From NCBI GenBank assembly GCA_964628855.1, contig CAZVMV010000003.1:9665-73664 (forward strand): a stretch of DNA of 64,000 nt, in the 5' to 3' direction. Position numbers and translations under genes: made by a program. Source of the DNA: an uncultured Gammaproteobacteria bacterium. GTDB lineage: Bacteria > Patescibacteriota > Patescibacteriia > UBA10025 > JAHIVO01. Below the pieces are notes generated by a model. It searched no databases. It was not told where the DNA came from and saw only the letters and a program-made list of their open reading frames with translations. Of the stretch, positions 52,721-61,893 are shown piece after piece; the first letter of the stretch is position 1; every line of letters begins with the position of its first letter.

Positions 52721-52750
52721 ATGGTATACCTTAATTTATGTGAGTGTCAA
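52721..52750 (-). promoter_or_regulatory. promoter TTGACA-18-TACCAT
   Basis: -35 at 52750-45 and -10 at 52726-21 on the minus strand. Confidence 0.5.
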
Positions 52751-52753
52751 GTC

Positions 52754-52780
52754 AAAAAAACTCCCCGGAGGGAGTTTTTT
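52754..52780. terminator. bidirectional intrinsic terminator after rnj
   Basis: ACTCCC / GGGAGT stem with loop CGGA, flanked by A7 and T6. Confidence 0.65.
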
Positions 52781-52803
52781 AATTGTCGAAGTTGTTGAGT
52801 TTT

Positions 52804-54573
52804 TTAGACTTCAATCACTACTGGTAACACCATCGGCCGCCGCTCCGTCTTTGTAAACAGGAACTGGCCGATCTGGTCTCGGATCTTGTTCTTGATGAAG
52901 GATTCGTCAGCGGACGTACGAGGGTCGCGATCCTTTAGCAGTTTTTTCACCTTGTCGCGCACCTGGTCGATAAGTTTCTGGTTTTCCTTCATATAGATGA
53001 AGCCGCGTGAGATGATGTCTGGGGAGTTTATCAGGTCACCCGTGCGTGAGCTGATTTTGACGATAATGACGAACATGCCGTCCGCGGCAAGTGCCTGACG
53101 GTCACGCAATACGACGTGGGAAATGTCCCCGATCCCTAGCCCGTCCACAAAGACATAGTCAGTCGGTACTTTTTTGTTCATAATTTTAGGCTGGCCCTTG
53201 CCGAATTCAAGAATGGAGCCATTATCCAGTACGAAAGTATTTTCCGGGCGGAAACCGTCGCGGGTGGCCAGTTTGGCCGCTTCTTTCAGGAAGGCATGGT
53301 TGCCATAGACTGGCAGGAAATAGGTAGGGTTGATCTGGTGCAGGACAGTGAGGATGTCCTGGGCCGTGGAGTGTCCGGACGAATGGACATCCATAATATC
53401 AGAATGGACAACGTTGTCCGATAAACGGTAAAGGTTGTCCTTGAGCCGCTGGATGGTCCGTTCATTCCCTGGAATAACTGAAGAAGAAAAGACGATCGTG
53501 TCTGATTTCTGGATTTTTACGAAACGGTGCGTTCCGTTGACGATTCGTGAAAGCACTGCCTGGGCTTCGCCTTGGGCGCCGGTGCAGAGGACGATCACCC
53601 GTTGGTCAGGGAATTTACGGATGGCCTCGATCGGGATGAGCGTTTCCTTGTGCACTTTGATATAGCCGAGTTTTTTGGATATTTCGACGTTATTTTTCAT
53701 GCTATAGCCGTCGAGCGCCACCTTTTTGCCGATCGATTCGGCGTATTCGAGGACGCGCTTGATCCGTTCGATCTGCGAGGAGAACGTGCCGATGATGATC
53801 CGGCCGGGCGCCTGGCGGATGAGGCGGAAGATGTTGTCGTACATGACGTGTTCCGGGACCCGGGGATTGGTATGAGTGGCGCCGAGGGATTCGAGCATCA
53901 GGATGGTCGGTTTCGGCAGTCTGGCCAGCTGGGAATATTCGACGCTGGCACGGCCGATCGGATTCGGTTCATAAGTCCAGTCACCAGGATGGATTACGGT
54001 GCCGGACGGGGTGTTCAGGATGACGCCGACCGCGTCCATGATCGAGTGGTCGACGGGGAAAAATCCTACGTTGAATTGGCCAAGGCGGATGCGTTGGCTG
54101 ACGTTATTGATCGTAATCGTCTTCAGTCGGCTGGCCGCGCCTTTCTTGTAATCTTCGACGCGGTGTTTGACCATCGCCAAAGTGAGCGGGCGACCGACAA
54201 TGGCCGGATAGCCCAGTTTCTCCAGTAAAATGCCGCTGGCGCCGATATGGTCCAGGTGGCCGTGCGAGAAAATGACGGCGCGGATATTTTTTTCTTTCCC
54301 GCGAAGGTAGGAGGTGTTGGGGATGATGTAGTCTATCCCTGGCATGTCCTCCTCGGGAAACTGTACGCCCATATCGAGGACGACAATATCATGGCCGTAT
54401 TCAAAAACGGTCATGTTACGGCCGACTTCTTCCTGTCCGCCGAGGGGGATAATTTTCAGAGTTTTTGTGCCGCTGATGGGCTGGGGTTTTTGAGTTTGCG
54501 GTCGCTGGTCCGGTGGCAGAGGCGTTTGATGACCCCGGCTGCGGAAGCGACGTTTTTTGTTTTTATGTGACAT
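52804..54573 (-). CDS. rnj: ribonuclease J
   Basis: Metallo-beta-lactamase HGHLDHIG plus beta-CASP and C-terminal domains. MSHKNKKRRF start at 54573. Confidence 0.9.
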   Translation of the reverse strand: MSHKNKKRRFRSRGHQTPLPPDQRPQTQKPQPISGTKTLKIIPLGGQEEVGRNMTVFEYGHDIVVLDMGVQFPEEDMPGIDYIIPNTSYLRGKEKNIRAVIFSHGHLDHIGASGILLEKLGYPAIVGRPLTLAMVKHRVEDYKKGAASRLKTITINNVSQRIRLGQFNVGFFPVDHSIMDAVGVILNTPSGTVIHPGDWTYEPNPIGRASVEYSQLARLPKPTILMLESLGATHTNPRVPEHVMYDNIFRLIRQAPGRIIIGTFSSQIERIKRVLEYAESIGKKVALDGYSMKNNVEISKKLGYIKVHKETLIPIEAIRKFPDQRVIVLCTGAQGEAQAVLSRIVNGTHRFVKIQKSDTIVFSSSVIPGNERTIQRLKDNLYRLSDNVVHSDIMDVHSSGHSTAQDILTVLHQINPTYFLPVYGNHAFLKEAAKLATRDGFRPENTFVLDNGSILEFGKGQPKIMNKKVPTDYVFVDGLGIGDISHVVLRDRQALAADGMFVIIVKISSRTGDLINSPDIISRGFIYMKENQKLIDQVRDKVKKLLKDRDPRTSADESFIKNKIRDQIGQFLFTKTERRPMVLPVVIEV

Positions 54574-54721
54574 AAATATGTTTAGTGTTAGAGACAGGTG
54601 CCAGTGTTCAATAATGATGAGCAAATGACAGAGTCTGCGAATTAGAAATTAATTAAAAGGGTGTAAATATTTTTTGATTGTTTGGTGTCTGGATTATGGA
54701 AATTATTAAAGGCTAAGAGGA

Positions 54722-54808
54722 TGGTGCCCAGGGGGAGAGTTGAACTCCCATAGCCTTACGGCTACACGGCCCTGAACCGTGCGTGTCTGCCAATTCCACC
54801 ACCTGGGC
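54722..54808 (-). tRNA. tRNA-Leu (anticodon CAG), CCA encoded
   Basis: Hand-folded cloverleaf. Acceptor GCCCAGG / CCTGGGC, anticodon loop TTCAGGG, long variable arm, T-arm GGGAG-TTCAACT-CTCCC, discriminator A plus CCA. Confidence 0.92.
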
Positions 54809-54816
54809 TTGGATTT

Positions 54817-56655
54817 TTATTTCCAATGCAGTTTTGTTTTTACATACCACTGGCTGATAGCATTCAGGCGTCCGGTCGGGGTTGTGATGAGTTCAGTACT
54901 GATGCCCTTGATTTTCTTGTTGATTGGATAGTCATAGGCCGGGCTGAACAGGAAGATTGCCGGCTCATCTTCAAGTAGTATATTTTGGAAATCGACATAT
55001 TGCTTTGCCCGTTCATTGGGGTCGGACAATTGGCGCGCCGACTCCAGTAGTTTGTCAGCTTCCTTATTGTAGTAAGCGGACAAATTCAGTCCACTGCCGG
55101 CAGCCTGGCTGGAATGCCAGAATGGGTAGGGGTCGGGATCTGCCCCCAGTATTTCGCCATACAGCAGGGCTTCATAGTCTTTTGGTTTGATGATTTCCTG
55201 GTTGACGCGGTTTGGGTTCAGGATTTTCAATTCGACGCCCACGCCGATTGCTTCCCAATTTTCCTGGATGATGTTGGCAGCATGCAGGTATTCTGGCTGG
55301 TCTACGGTGGTGAGGGAAAAACGGAGCTCGGCACCATTCTTCTGGCGCAAACCGCCGTTCTCCGGTATTTTCCATCCTGCCGCATCAAGCATGCCCGCAG
55401 CCTTGGCTGAGTCGTATGAATATTGCTTTGCGCTGGCATTGAATCCAAGGAACCCTTCCAAAATCGGTCCGTTTGCCAGGAAAGCTTCACCGCCCACCGC
55501 TTCGTTAATAATGCGCTGGCGATCAACTGCATAGGCTAATGCCTGGCGTATTTCTTTGGTTTTGAGAAGTGAATTTTTTTGGTTGAAGAATACCGCAGTG
55601 TACTGGGGCAGGCGTAGGCTATGGATGACAACATCCTTGTTTTTACTCAGCGTGTCGCGGTCCGAGATCGGCAGATAACTCAGCCCGGTGACGCTGTTAT
55701 TTTTTAGTGCGTTAATAGCCGATTCGAAATCAGGGTACAGTTTGAAAGCGATGGAGTCTAGGTAGGGTTGCTGGTTGTTGTAAGCGAGGTTACGCTCGAT
55801 TACATATGATTTCACGCTGCCGCTCTTGTCTTTTGTCAGTTCCTTGAACATGAAAGGCCCAGAACCGATGGGTTTCAAATTATATTCAGCCAGCCGGAAA
55901 TTTGTAGGCGAGACATCTGACCAGAGATGGGCTGGCAATATACCGATGGTTAAATTTGAGAGAAATGGCGCGAAAGGTTCCTTCAAGGCGAAACTGATTG
56001 TCTGGTCGTCTATTCGCTGAACAGTCACGCCTTTGAAATTCGTGGCAAGTGGGCTGGCAAATGAGGAGTCGGACAAGGTTTCAAAGGTATAAACAACGTC
56101 GTCTGCCATGATGGCGTTGCCATTTTGCCATTTTAGCCCTGGACGGAGACGGACTGTGTAAGTTTTTTTGTCTTCTGATATTTCGTACGATTCGGCCAGA
56201 TCAGGCACGACTTGGAGATTTTCATCATACTTGAAAAGCCCAGAATAAATCAGATGGGTGAGATCCCGGTCCACGTCCGACTGGGCAAGCAAGGGATTGA
56301 TGTAGGCCGGTTGGCCGACCAATGCTTCCGAGTACTGTCCTCCGGGCCGGGCTACGTATTCGACGTGTCGCTGATAGAATCGAAAAACCAAAAAACCCAA
56401 GGCGACAACAGCCAGCGCTACCAAGCTGCGGATGATCACTTTTTCACGTTTGGACAGGTACTGGGGTAGGTATTGGAGTTGCTGCCAATCCGGCCAGCGC
56501 CTGGTGGCGAGTGACATGACCAGCTTTTTATCCAAGTCCTGCTGGAGAGCCAGCGGCACGCTCTCGGCGGGCATAGGCTTCACCTCAAGAGGCGCCTTTT
56601 TAAAGAGGCGCCAGGTAGTAATTTTTTGCCAAATGTTTTTGAAATCGAAAGCCAC
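54817..56655 (-). CDS. ABC transporter substrate-binding protein, family 5 (peptide/nickel type), membrane anchored
   Basis: 612 aa. N-terminal TM anchor, followed by sequence typical of SBP_bac_5. Confidence 0.8.
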   Translation of the reverse strand: MAFDFKNIWQKITTWRLFKKAPLEVKPMPAESVPLALQQDLDKKLVMSLATRRWPDWQQLQYLPQYLSKREKVIIRSLVALAVVALGFLVFRFYQRHVEYVARPGGQYSEALVGQPAYINPLLAQSDVDRDLTHLIYSGLFKYDENLQVVPDLAESYEISEDKKTYTVRLRPGLKWQNGNAIMADDVVYTFETLSDSSFASPLATNFKGVTVQRIDDQTISFALKEPFAPFLSNLTIGILPAHLWSDVSPTNFRLAEYNLKPIGSGPFMFKELTKDKSGSVKSYVIERNLAYNNQQPYLDSIAFKLYPDFESAINALKNNSVTGLSYLPISDRDTLSKNKDVVIHSLRLPQYTAVFFNQKNSLLKTKEIRQALAYAVDRQRIINEAVGGEAFLANGPILEGFLGFNASAKQYSYDSAKAAGMLDAAGWKIPENGGLRQKNGAELRFSLTTVDQPEYLHAANIIQENWEAIGVGVELKILNPNRVNQEIIKPKDYEALLYGEILGADPDPYPFWHSSQAAGSGLNLSAYYNKEADKLLESARQLSDPNERAKQYVDFQNILLEDEPAIFLFSPAYDYPINKKIKGISTELITTPTGRLNAISQWYVKTKLHWK

Positions 56656-56667
56656 GGAATGCGGGAA

Positions 56668-56892
56668 TTATTTATTCACGAACAGGATATTGGCGATGGC
56701 TGCGCCAAAAAAGAGGACTGAGACAACAATAGTAGTGATGAAGAGTACTTTTTCAAAACCACGCTTGGTCCGGTAGACATTGCCTTCACCGCCGAAAACT
56801 GTCGACAGACCTGCCCCACGCACCTGTAAAAGGATGGCCGTGATCAGGATAGCGGATAGGACGATTTCAACGATATTAAAAATTTGTTTCAT
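56668..56892 (-). CDS. secG: preprotein translocase subunit SecG
   Basis: 74 aa, two TM segments. AILLQVRGAGLSTVFGG. Confidence 0.8.
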   Translation of the reverse strand: MKQIFNIVEIVLSAILITAILLQVRGAGLSTVFGGEGNVYRTKRGFEKVLFITTIVVSVLFFGAAIANILFVNK

Positions 56893-56938
56893 AGCGATAA
56901 ATCAGTACCGTAGATAATACCAGATTGGCGGTAATGTG

Positions 56939-57091
56939 TCAATGGTTAGTTTTTGCCCGACTAATTATGATCCGCTGCAGCTTTTTTACGCCGGCACCGG
57001 ATATTTTCATCTTCAGGCGGCGCTTGCGGTCACGGGCCGTAAGTTTTTTCTCGAGTGCGGCTTCGGTTTGTTGGTCAATATGGATTGTCAT
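56939..57091 (-). CDS. possible 50-aa basic micro-protein overlapping the uvrC stop (ATGA)
   Basis: Own translation: MTIHIDQQTEAALEKKLTARDRKRRLKMKISGAGVKKLQRIIISRAKTNH. The ATG (57091-89) overlaps the uvrC TGA (57090-88). Confidence 0.3.
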   Translation of the reverse strand: MTIHIDQQTEAALEKKLTARDRKRRLKMKISGAGVKKLQRIIISRAKTNH

Positions 57092-58854
57092 ATATTTTCC
57101 TTAATTGCTTTTGCGAGCTTCGGCCCGACGACCGCCGCGAGCTCCTGCTCGCCGGCGTCACGGACGCCGAGCGCCGACCCAAAGGATTTAATCAGCTTTT
57201 TCCTGTTTGACGCGCCCAATCCCGGGATGTCGTCCAGTAGGGATTTTTTCACGCCACGGCCATGCGTCTTCCGGAAAAAGGTGATGGCGAAACGGTGCGC
57301 CTCGTCGCGCATGCGCTGAATGAGGAATAATGCTTCGGAATTCTGTGGGAAACGGACTGGCACCGGCTTGCCCGGCCTAAATATCTCCTCTTCACGTTTG
57401 GCCAATGCGACGAAAGGGATGTCGGTATGGACTTTATGTCTAACGACGGAGAGTTGACCTTTGCCGCCATCCAGGATGACCAGGTCGGGTTTCGGCCAGC
57501 CGGTCTTTCCTTTTTCTTGTCCAACATGGGCAAATCGGCGGGAGACCATTTCTGCCATCATGGCCGGGTCATTGGAACCTTTAACAGTTTTGATCTTGAA
57601 TTTTCGGTACCACTTTTTATCAGGCAGGCCGTCGGTGAACACCACCATCGAGCCGACCGCGTCAGTGCCCTGGATGTTTGAGATGTCGAATGTCTCGATG
57701 CGTTTAGGGATTGATGGGAGTCCGAGCAAATTTTTAAAATCAGAAAGCGCCTGCCTGGCTTTGGCCTCGTCTTTTTCCCAGGAGGCTTTTTGCTGGGCTA
57801 AAAATTGTTCGGCATTTTCTTTGCCGAGGGAAACGTATTGCCGACGGAATCCGCGCTCCGGTATGGTAATTCTGCATTTGAATGTTGCCTCAAATAATTT
57901 TTGGCCGGAGATTTTTTCCGGAATGACGATTTCTTTTGGCACATCCATAGACTGGGGATAGAATTGTTCCATGAATGCCTGGATCGCTTCAGCATTGGAC
58001 TGGTCAACGACATTTTTAATAGTGAATACCTGTTTACGCAGCAACAAACCGTTCCGCACCGTGAACAGGTTGATGGCGCCGAGCTGCTTATACCGCGCCA
58101 GGCTGACGATGTCCATGTTTTCCAGTTTTGGGGAGATGACCTTTTGTTTTTCGGTGAGGTAGGCGATGGAGTTGAGCGTGTCGCGCACCCGGGCTGCTTT
58201 TTCGAAAAAACGCTTTTTCGACAGCTCGGCCATTTTTTTCTTCAGTTCCACGGTGACGGCGGTGAAGTCGCCTTTTAGGAATCTTATGATGCGGTCGATG
58301 GTCTGCCGGTATTCCTGTTTGTCGGTCGGGCCCATCAATTCGGGGTAACGCTTGATGAGGTACTTCGTTCTGTAATTGGTAATCGGTTTGTCGAAATTCC
58401 GGTGCGGGAACAGTTGGCGCAGTATGTGCAAGGTTTGCCTGACAGACATGGACGATACGTATGGGCCGAAGTATTTTGAGCCGTCCTTCTGCACGCGACG
58501 GACGGTAAAGACCCGCGGAAAGTCCTCGGTCAGGGTTATTTTTATATAGAGGAAGCTTTTATCGTCCTTCAGGTCGATGTTGAACGGCGGTTGGTGCTGT
58601 TTGATGAGCGTTGATTCCAGCATCAGCGCTTCTGATTCTGTTGATGTAATTATGTACTCCACTTTTTTTATCTGCGGGATCATCAGTTGCTTGTGTGGCG
58701 TCAGCTGGCTCGATGTGTGCCAATAGGACGAGACGCGGCTTTTCAGGTCGACGGCTTTACCGATGTATAAAATTGCACCGTCCGTTTTTTTGAAAATGTA
58801 ACAGCCGGGCTTGTGGGGAAGCGTTTGGACCTGGTGCGGAATCTTGGTGTCCAT
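57088..58854 (-). CDS. uvrC: excinuclease ABC subunit C
   Basis: 588 aa. GIY-YIG N-terminus (GCYIFKK...ILYIGKA), UvrBC domain and a C-terminal HhH. Confidence 0.95.
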   Translation of the reverse strand: MDTKIPHQVQTLPHKPGCYIFKKTDGAILYIGKAVDLKSRVSSYWHTSSQLTPHKQLMIPQIKKVEYIITSTESEALMLESTLIKQHQPPFNIDLKDDKSFLYIKITLTEDFPRVFTVRRVQKDGSKYFGPYVSSMSVRQTLHILRQLFPHRNFDKPITNYRTKYLIKRYPELMGPTDKQEYRQTIDRIIRFLKGDFTAVTVELKKKMAELSKKRFFEKAARVRDTLNSIAYLTEKQKVISPKLENMDIVSLARYKQLGAINLFTVRNGLLLRKQVFTIKNVVDQSNAEAIQAFMEQFYPQSMDVPKEIVIPEKISGQKLFEATFKCRITIPERGFRRQYVSLGKENAEQFLAQQKASWEKDEAKARQALSDFKNLLGLPSIPKRIETFDISNIQGTDAVGSMVVFTDGLPDKKWYRKFKIKTVKGSNDPAMMAEMVSRRFAHVGQEKGKTGWPKPDLVILDGGKGQLSVVRHKVHTDIPFVALAKREEEIFRPGKPVPVRFPQNSEALFLIQRMRDEAHRFAITFFRKTHGRGVKKSLLDDIPGLGASNRKKLIKSFGSALGVRDAGEQELAAVVGPKLAKAIKENI

Positions 58855-58891
58855 AGGGATAGTATATCACGCTTACGTTGATGCATGATCA

Positions 58892-58921
58892 TTGACAATA
58901 CTACTTAATGTGGAGTAGAGT
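58892..58921 (+). promoter_or_regulatory. promoter TTGACA-18-TAGAGT
   Basis: Upstream of pgpA. Confidence 0.45.
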
Positions 58922-58954
58922 AGCGTAATTATTATGCTCTTTACATAGATAGGA

Positions 58955-59494
58955 GTGCACGTGAAAAGGCAACTGTCGATACTGGTGGCAACCTGGTTTG
59001 GTTCCGGCTTGATCCCGCCCGTTTTATTAAAAGGAATGGCTGGGACCTATGGTAGCATTGCTAGTCTGCCACTTTGTTGGTTGGCCGTGCATCTTGGTCA
59101 AACATACGGCGCTTGGGTATACGGCACTTTCACCGGAGTCGTCTTTTTGGCCGGATTATTGTCAGTACCGCTGGCCGAAGCGTATCTCGGTCCACGGCAG
59201 GATTGGCATGGCCGCACAAAGGCACGTGACCAGAATCAAATAGTGATTGACGAAACGTTCGGAATGCTCGTGGCCTGTTCTCCAGCATTATGGGTGCATG
59301 GCAATTTGGCGATATTAATCGGAGGATGCGTTTTATTTCGGATATTTGATATCGTCAAATGCCCACCAGCTCGTTCCTTTGACAGGATGCACAGCGCCTT
59401 CGGCGTGATGATGGATGACGGCATCGCCGGAGTCTATGCTGCGCTTGTACTTTCATTAGCTTCCGGAATCTTCTCGATCTTATCCGCCCCGTGA
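58955..59494 (+). CDS. pgpA: phosphatidylglycerophosphatase A
   Basis: GTG start. VATWFGSGLIPP, GTYGSIASLP and FRIFDIVKCPPA. Confidence 0.8.
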   Translation: MHVKRQLSILVATWFGSGLIPPVLLKGMAGTYGSIASLPLCWLAVHLGQTYGAWVYGTFTGVVFLAGLLSVPLAEAYLGPRQDWHGRTKARDQNQIVIDETFGMLVACSPALWVHGNLAILIGGCVLFRIFDIVKCPPARSFDRMHSAFGVMMDDGIAGVYAALVLSLASGIFSILSAP

Positions 59495-59565
59495 CATAGG
59501 CGGATTTTTTTCACCTTTTATTCTAGAAAATATTTTTTAATGGGGTCAGAATAGCATAATGGCAC

Positions 59566-59593
59566 TTGACTTTTTCCTCCGATGTGGTACGCT
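59566..59593 (+). promoter_or_regulatory. promoter TTGACT-16-TACGCT
   Basis: Upstream of the cupin gene. Confidence 0.4.
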
Positions 59594-59632
59594 TTCCCGA
59601 AATCTGTATTCGACTATTTTCATGGAGGTTGC

Positions 59633-60064
59633 ATGTCAGGATTGAATTGCCGCACCTTGAAACTGCCCGTGTTCGTGTCCGATGAAAAGCCCGGCTCACT
59701 GTATCGGGTGGCGATCAACGCTGATCCAGAGACCGCTGTTTTTTTCCCGCAGGGGTGCCGGGAATCGTATTTCATCATCAATGATACCGATAGCGATGCG
59801 GTGCGCGGCGGACACGTTCATGGGATCGGCACCAAGGCCGAGATTTTCGTTGCTGTCCAGGGTCGGGCTCACGTCGTGTATCACAGCCCGGACGGTTGCG
59901 GTGATATATCTCTCGAATCGCCAGAACACGGATTGTGCATCCCGCCCGGCGTCTGGCATTCCGTGCGTCTTACACCGGGCAGCATTCTGGTGGTCTATGC
60001 CTCAGTCACTATTGAGGAGGACAACACGACAACTGATGCGAAGCCCTGTTCGTGCCCGTCGTAA
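59633..60064 (+). CDS. WxcM/FdtA-like cupin (sugar 3,4-ketoisomerase fold)
   Basis: 143 aa from ATG 59633. VRGGHVHG...IFVAVQGRAHVV...GLCIPPGVWH. Confidence 0.5.
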   Translation: MSGLNCRTLKLPVFVSDEKPGSLYRVAINADPETAVFFPQGCRESYFIINDTDSDAVRGGHVHGIGTKAEIFVAVQGRAHVVYHSPDGCGDISLESPEHGLCIPPGVWHSVRLTPGSILVVYASVTIEEDNTTTDAKPCSCPS

Positions 60065-60129
60065 TGATTGTGAGCTTATGCTCAGCTACCGGCATGGTAA
60101 TACATGCCGGTTTTTTTATTCATCAAGTC

Positions 60130-60158
60130 TTGACAAAATGGTAGAAATTTGATAGGTT
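60130..60158 (+). promoter_or_regulatory. promoter TTGACA-17-TAGGTT
   Basis: Upstream of aguA. Confidence 0.5.
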
Positions 60159-60228
60159 CCACTATAAAACTTTTTATGGAAATTGAACCTTGAGAATTTG
60201 CAGAAATTGCAGAAAGTGAGAGTGTTTC

Positions 60229-61332
60229 GTGTCACGTTATTGCGAAGCCGTCCCGCGTGCGGACGGGTTTAGGATGCCGGCGGAGTTCGGTCGGCATGAT
60301 CGCTGCTGGATCCAGTGGCCTGTGCGTCCGGATAACTGGAGATTGGGCGCCAAACCTGCCCAGCGTGCGTTTGCAGCGCTGGCCAGCCTCATCGCCCGAT
60401 TCGAGTCTGTTACTATGGCCGTTCCTGCCGGGCAGTTCCGGCATGCGCGCCGCGTCCTCGATCCGCGGGTAAGGGTGGTGGAGATGTCATATGACGATTC
60501 GTGGGTCCGCGATAGCGGGCCGACATTCGTCATCGACAACCTCGGCAATCGTCGTGCCGTCAAATGGCAGTTCAATGCCTGGGGTGGACTGGAAGGCGGC
60601 CTGTATTTCCCGTGGGACCTGGATGACCAGGTCGGACTGAAGATCGCAGAGATCGAAGACTGCGATATTTTCGAAGCGCCGTTCGTACTCGAGGGGGGCT
60701 CCATCGAGGTTGATGGCGAGGGAATGCTTATGGTCACTGAGGAGTGCCTCCTCAATCCCAACCGGAATCCCGCGCTTTCACGCGAGCAGATCGAGGAACT
60801 GCTCCGTAATTACTTGGGCGTGCGGAAGATCGTCTGGTTGCCGCGGGGAGTCTACAACGACGAAACCAATGGACACGTCGACAACTTCTGTCGGTTTGTC
60901 CGGCCGGGAGTCGTGGCGCTCACGTGGACAGACGATACGTCCGATCCGCAGTATGAAATTTCCGCGGAAGCGTTCGACATCTTGTCGCGAGTGACCGATC
61001 TCAGCGGGCGCAGGTTGGAGGTCTTCAAAATCCACCAGCCGGATCCTGTCTTGATCACTGCCGATGAAAGTGAGCAGGTTGACCACGTGGCCGGAACCCT
61101 TCCGCGACAGCCGGGAGACAGGCTGCCGGCCTCCTATCTGAACTTCTACTTGCCGAATGGCGCAGTCGTGTATCCCACCTTCCATGACCCGCACGACCAG
61201 GCTGCCGGCGAAATGCTGGCCATACTTTTCCCGGGTCGTCAGATCATCGGATTCCCGTCGCATGAGATCCTGCTCGGTGGTGGCAACATCCATTGTGTCA
61301 CCCAGCAGGTACCTGCCGTATCGGCAGCGTAA
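60229..61332 (+). CDS. aguA: agmatine deiminase
   Basis: FRMPAEFGRHDRCWIQWP, DSWVRDSGP and GGGNIHCVTQQVP (catalytic Cys). Confidence 0.9.
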   Translation: MSRYCEAVPRADGFRMPAEFGRHDRCWIQWPVRPDNWRLGAKPAQRAFAALASLIARFESVTMAVPAGQFRHARRVLDPRVRVVEMSYDDSWVRDSGPTFVIDNLGNRRAVKWQFNAWGGLEGGLYFPWDLDDQVGLKIAEIEDCDIFEAPFVLEGGSIEVDGEGMLMVTEECLLNPNRNPALSREQIEELLRNYLGVRKIVWLPRGVYNDETNGHVDNFCRFVRPGVVALTWTDDTSDPQYEISAEAFDILSRVTDLSGRRLEVFKIHQPDPVLITADESEQVDHVAGTLPRQPGDRLPASYLNFYLPNGAVVYPTFHDPHDQAAGEMLAILFPGRQIIGFPSHEILLGGGNIHCVTQQVPAVSAA

Positions 61333-61491
61333 TCATTCCGTTCATCAATTTGTATGCAGCGCCGCGTCCATCAAGGACCGGCGCTTTTTTATTGTGCATA
61401 ACCTTATTGACCACTTTCTCGCGGCAGGTATATACTTGAAGCGCTGTTTTTCGTTTACAATTCGCTGAATTTATAGCACCAGGAGGTCAGT

Positions 61492-61689
61492 ATGCCAGTG
61501 CAGAGATCAACGCATGAGAAGCATTACTTGTGTGGCATCTCATGTACAGATGCGATCAGGGTCTTGCAGAGCACTCCGCAGGGTCGTGATGAACAAGCCG
61601 CCATGCATGCGTTTGAGCACATTTCGCGGTGTCGGGAGCCCAACTGTATCAAATTTGCCGAAACGCTCTCGCCAGCGGAACTCCGCTGA
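61492..61689 (+). CDS. hypothetical small Cys/His-containing protein (65 aa)
   Basis: AGGAGG lies 7 nt upstream of the ATG. No motif recognised. Confidence 0.4.
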   Translation: MPVQRSTHEKHYLCGISCTDAIRVLQSTPQGRDEQAAMHAFEHISRCREPNCIKFAETLSPAELR

Positions 61690-61788
61690 GCAACACTTCT
61701 CAAAAAATTTTGAAAGTCCGCCCTTGGCCAACGGGGGCGGTCTTATGATAGGGAGAATCCGTGGTTTTTTGAAGTTCTGTCAGGGGGG

Positions 61789-61817
61789 TTGACCACTCTT
61801 GACGGATCGTGTATACT
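61789..61817 (+). promoter_or_regulatory. promoter TTGACC-17-TATACT for uvrA
   Basis: -35 at 61789-94 and -10 at 61812-17. Confidence 0.5.
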
Positions 61818-61893
61818 GGCATTCGTATCTTTTTGCTATGGGATAGTGTTTAGCCAAAGTGAAGGCTGATTTTTATATCTAAAAACCTCCCAG

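Noticed and set aside
52468-52722. An 84-aa minus-strand ORF covering the candidate sRNA.
   Set aside because: It has no SD, its ATG is only 2 nt after the -10 box, and it reads through two intrinsic terminators. The sequence is dominated by stable helices.
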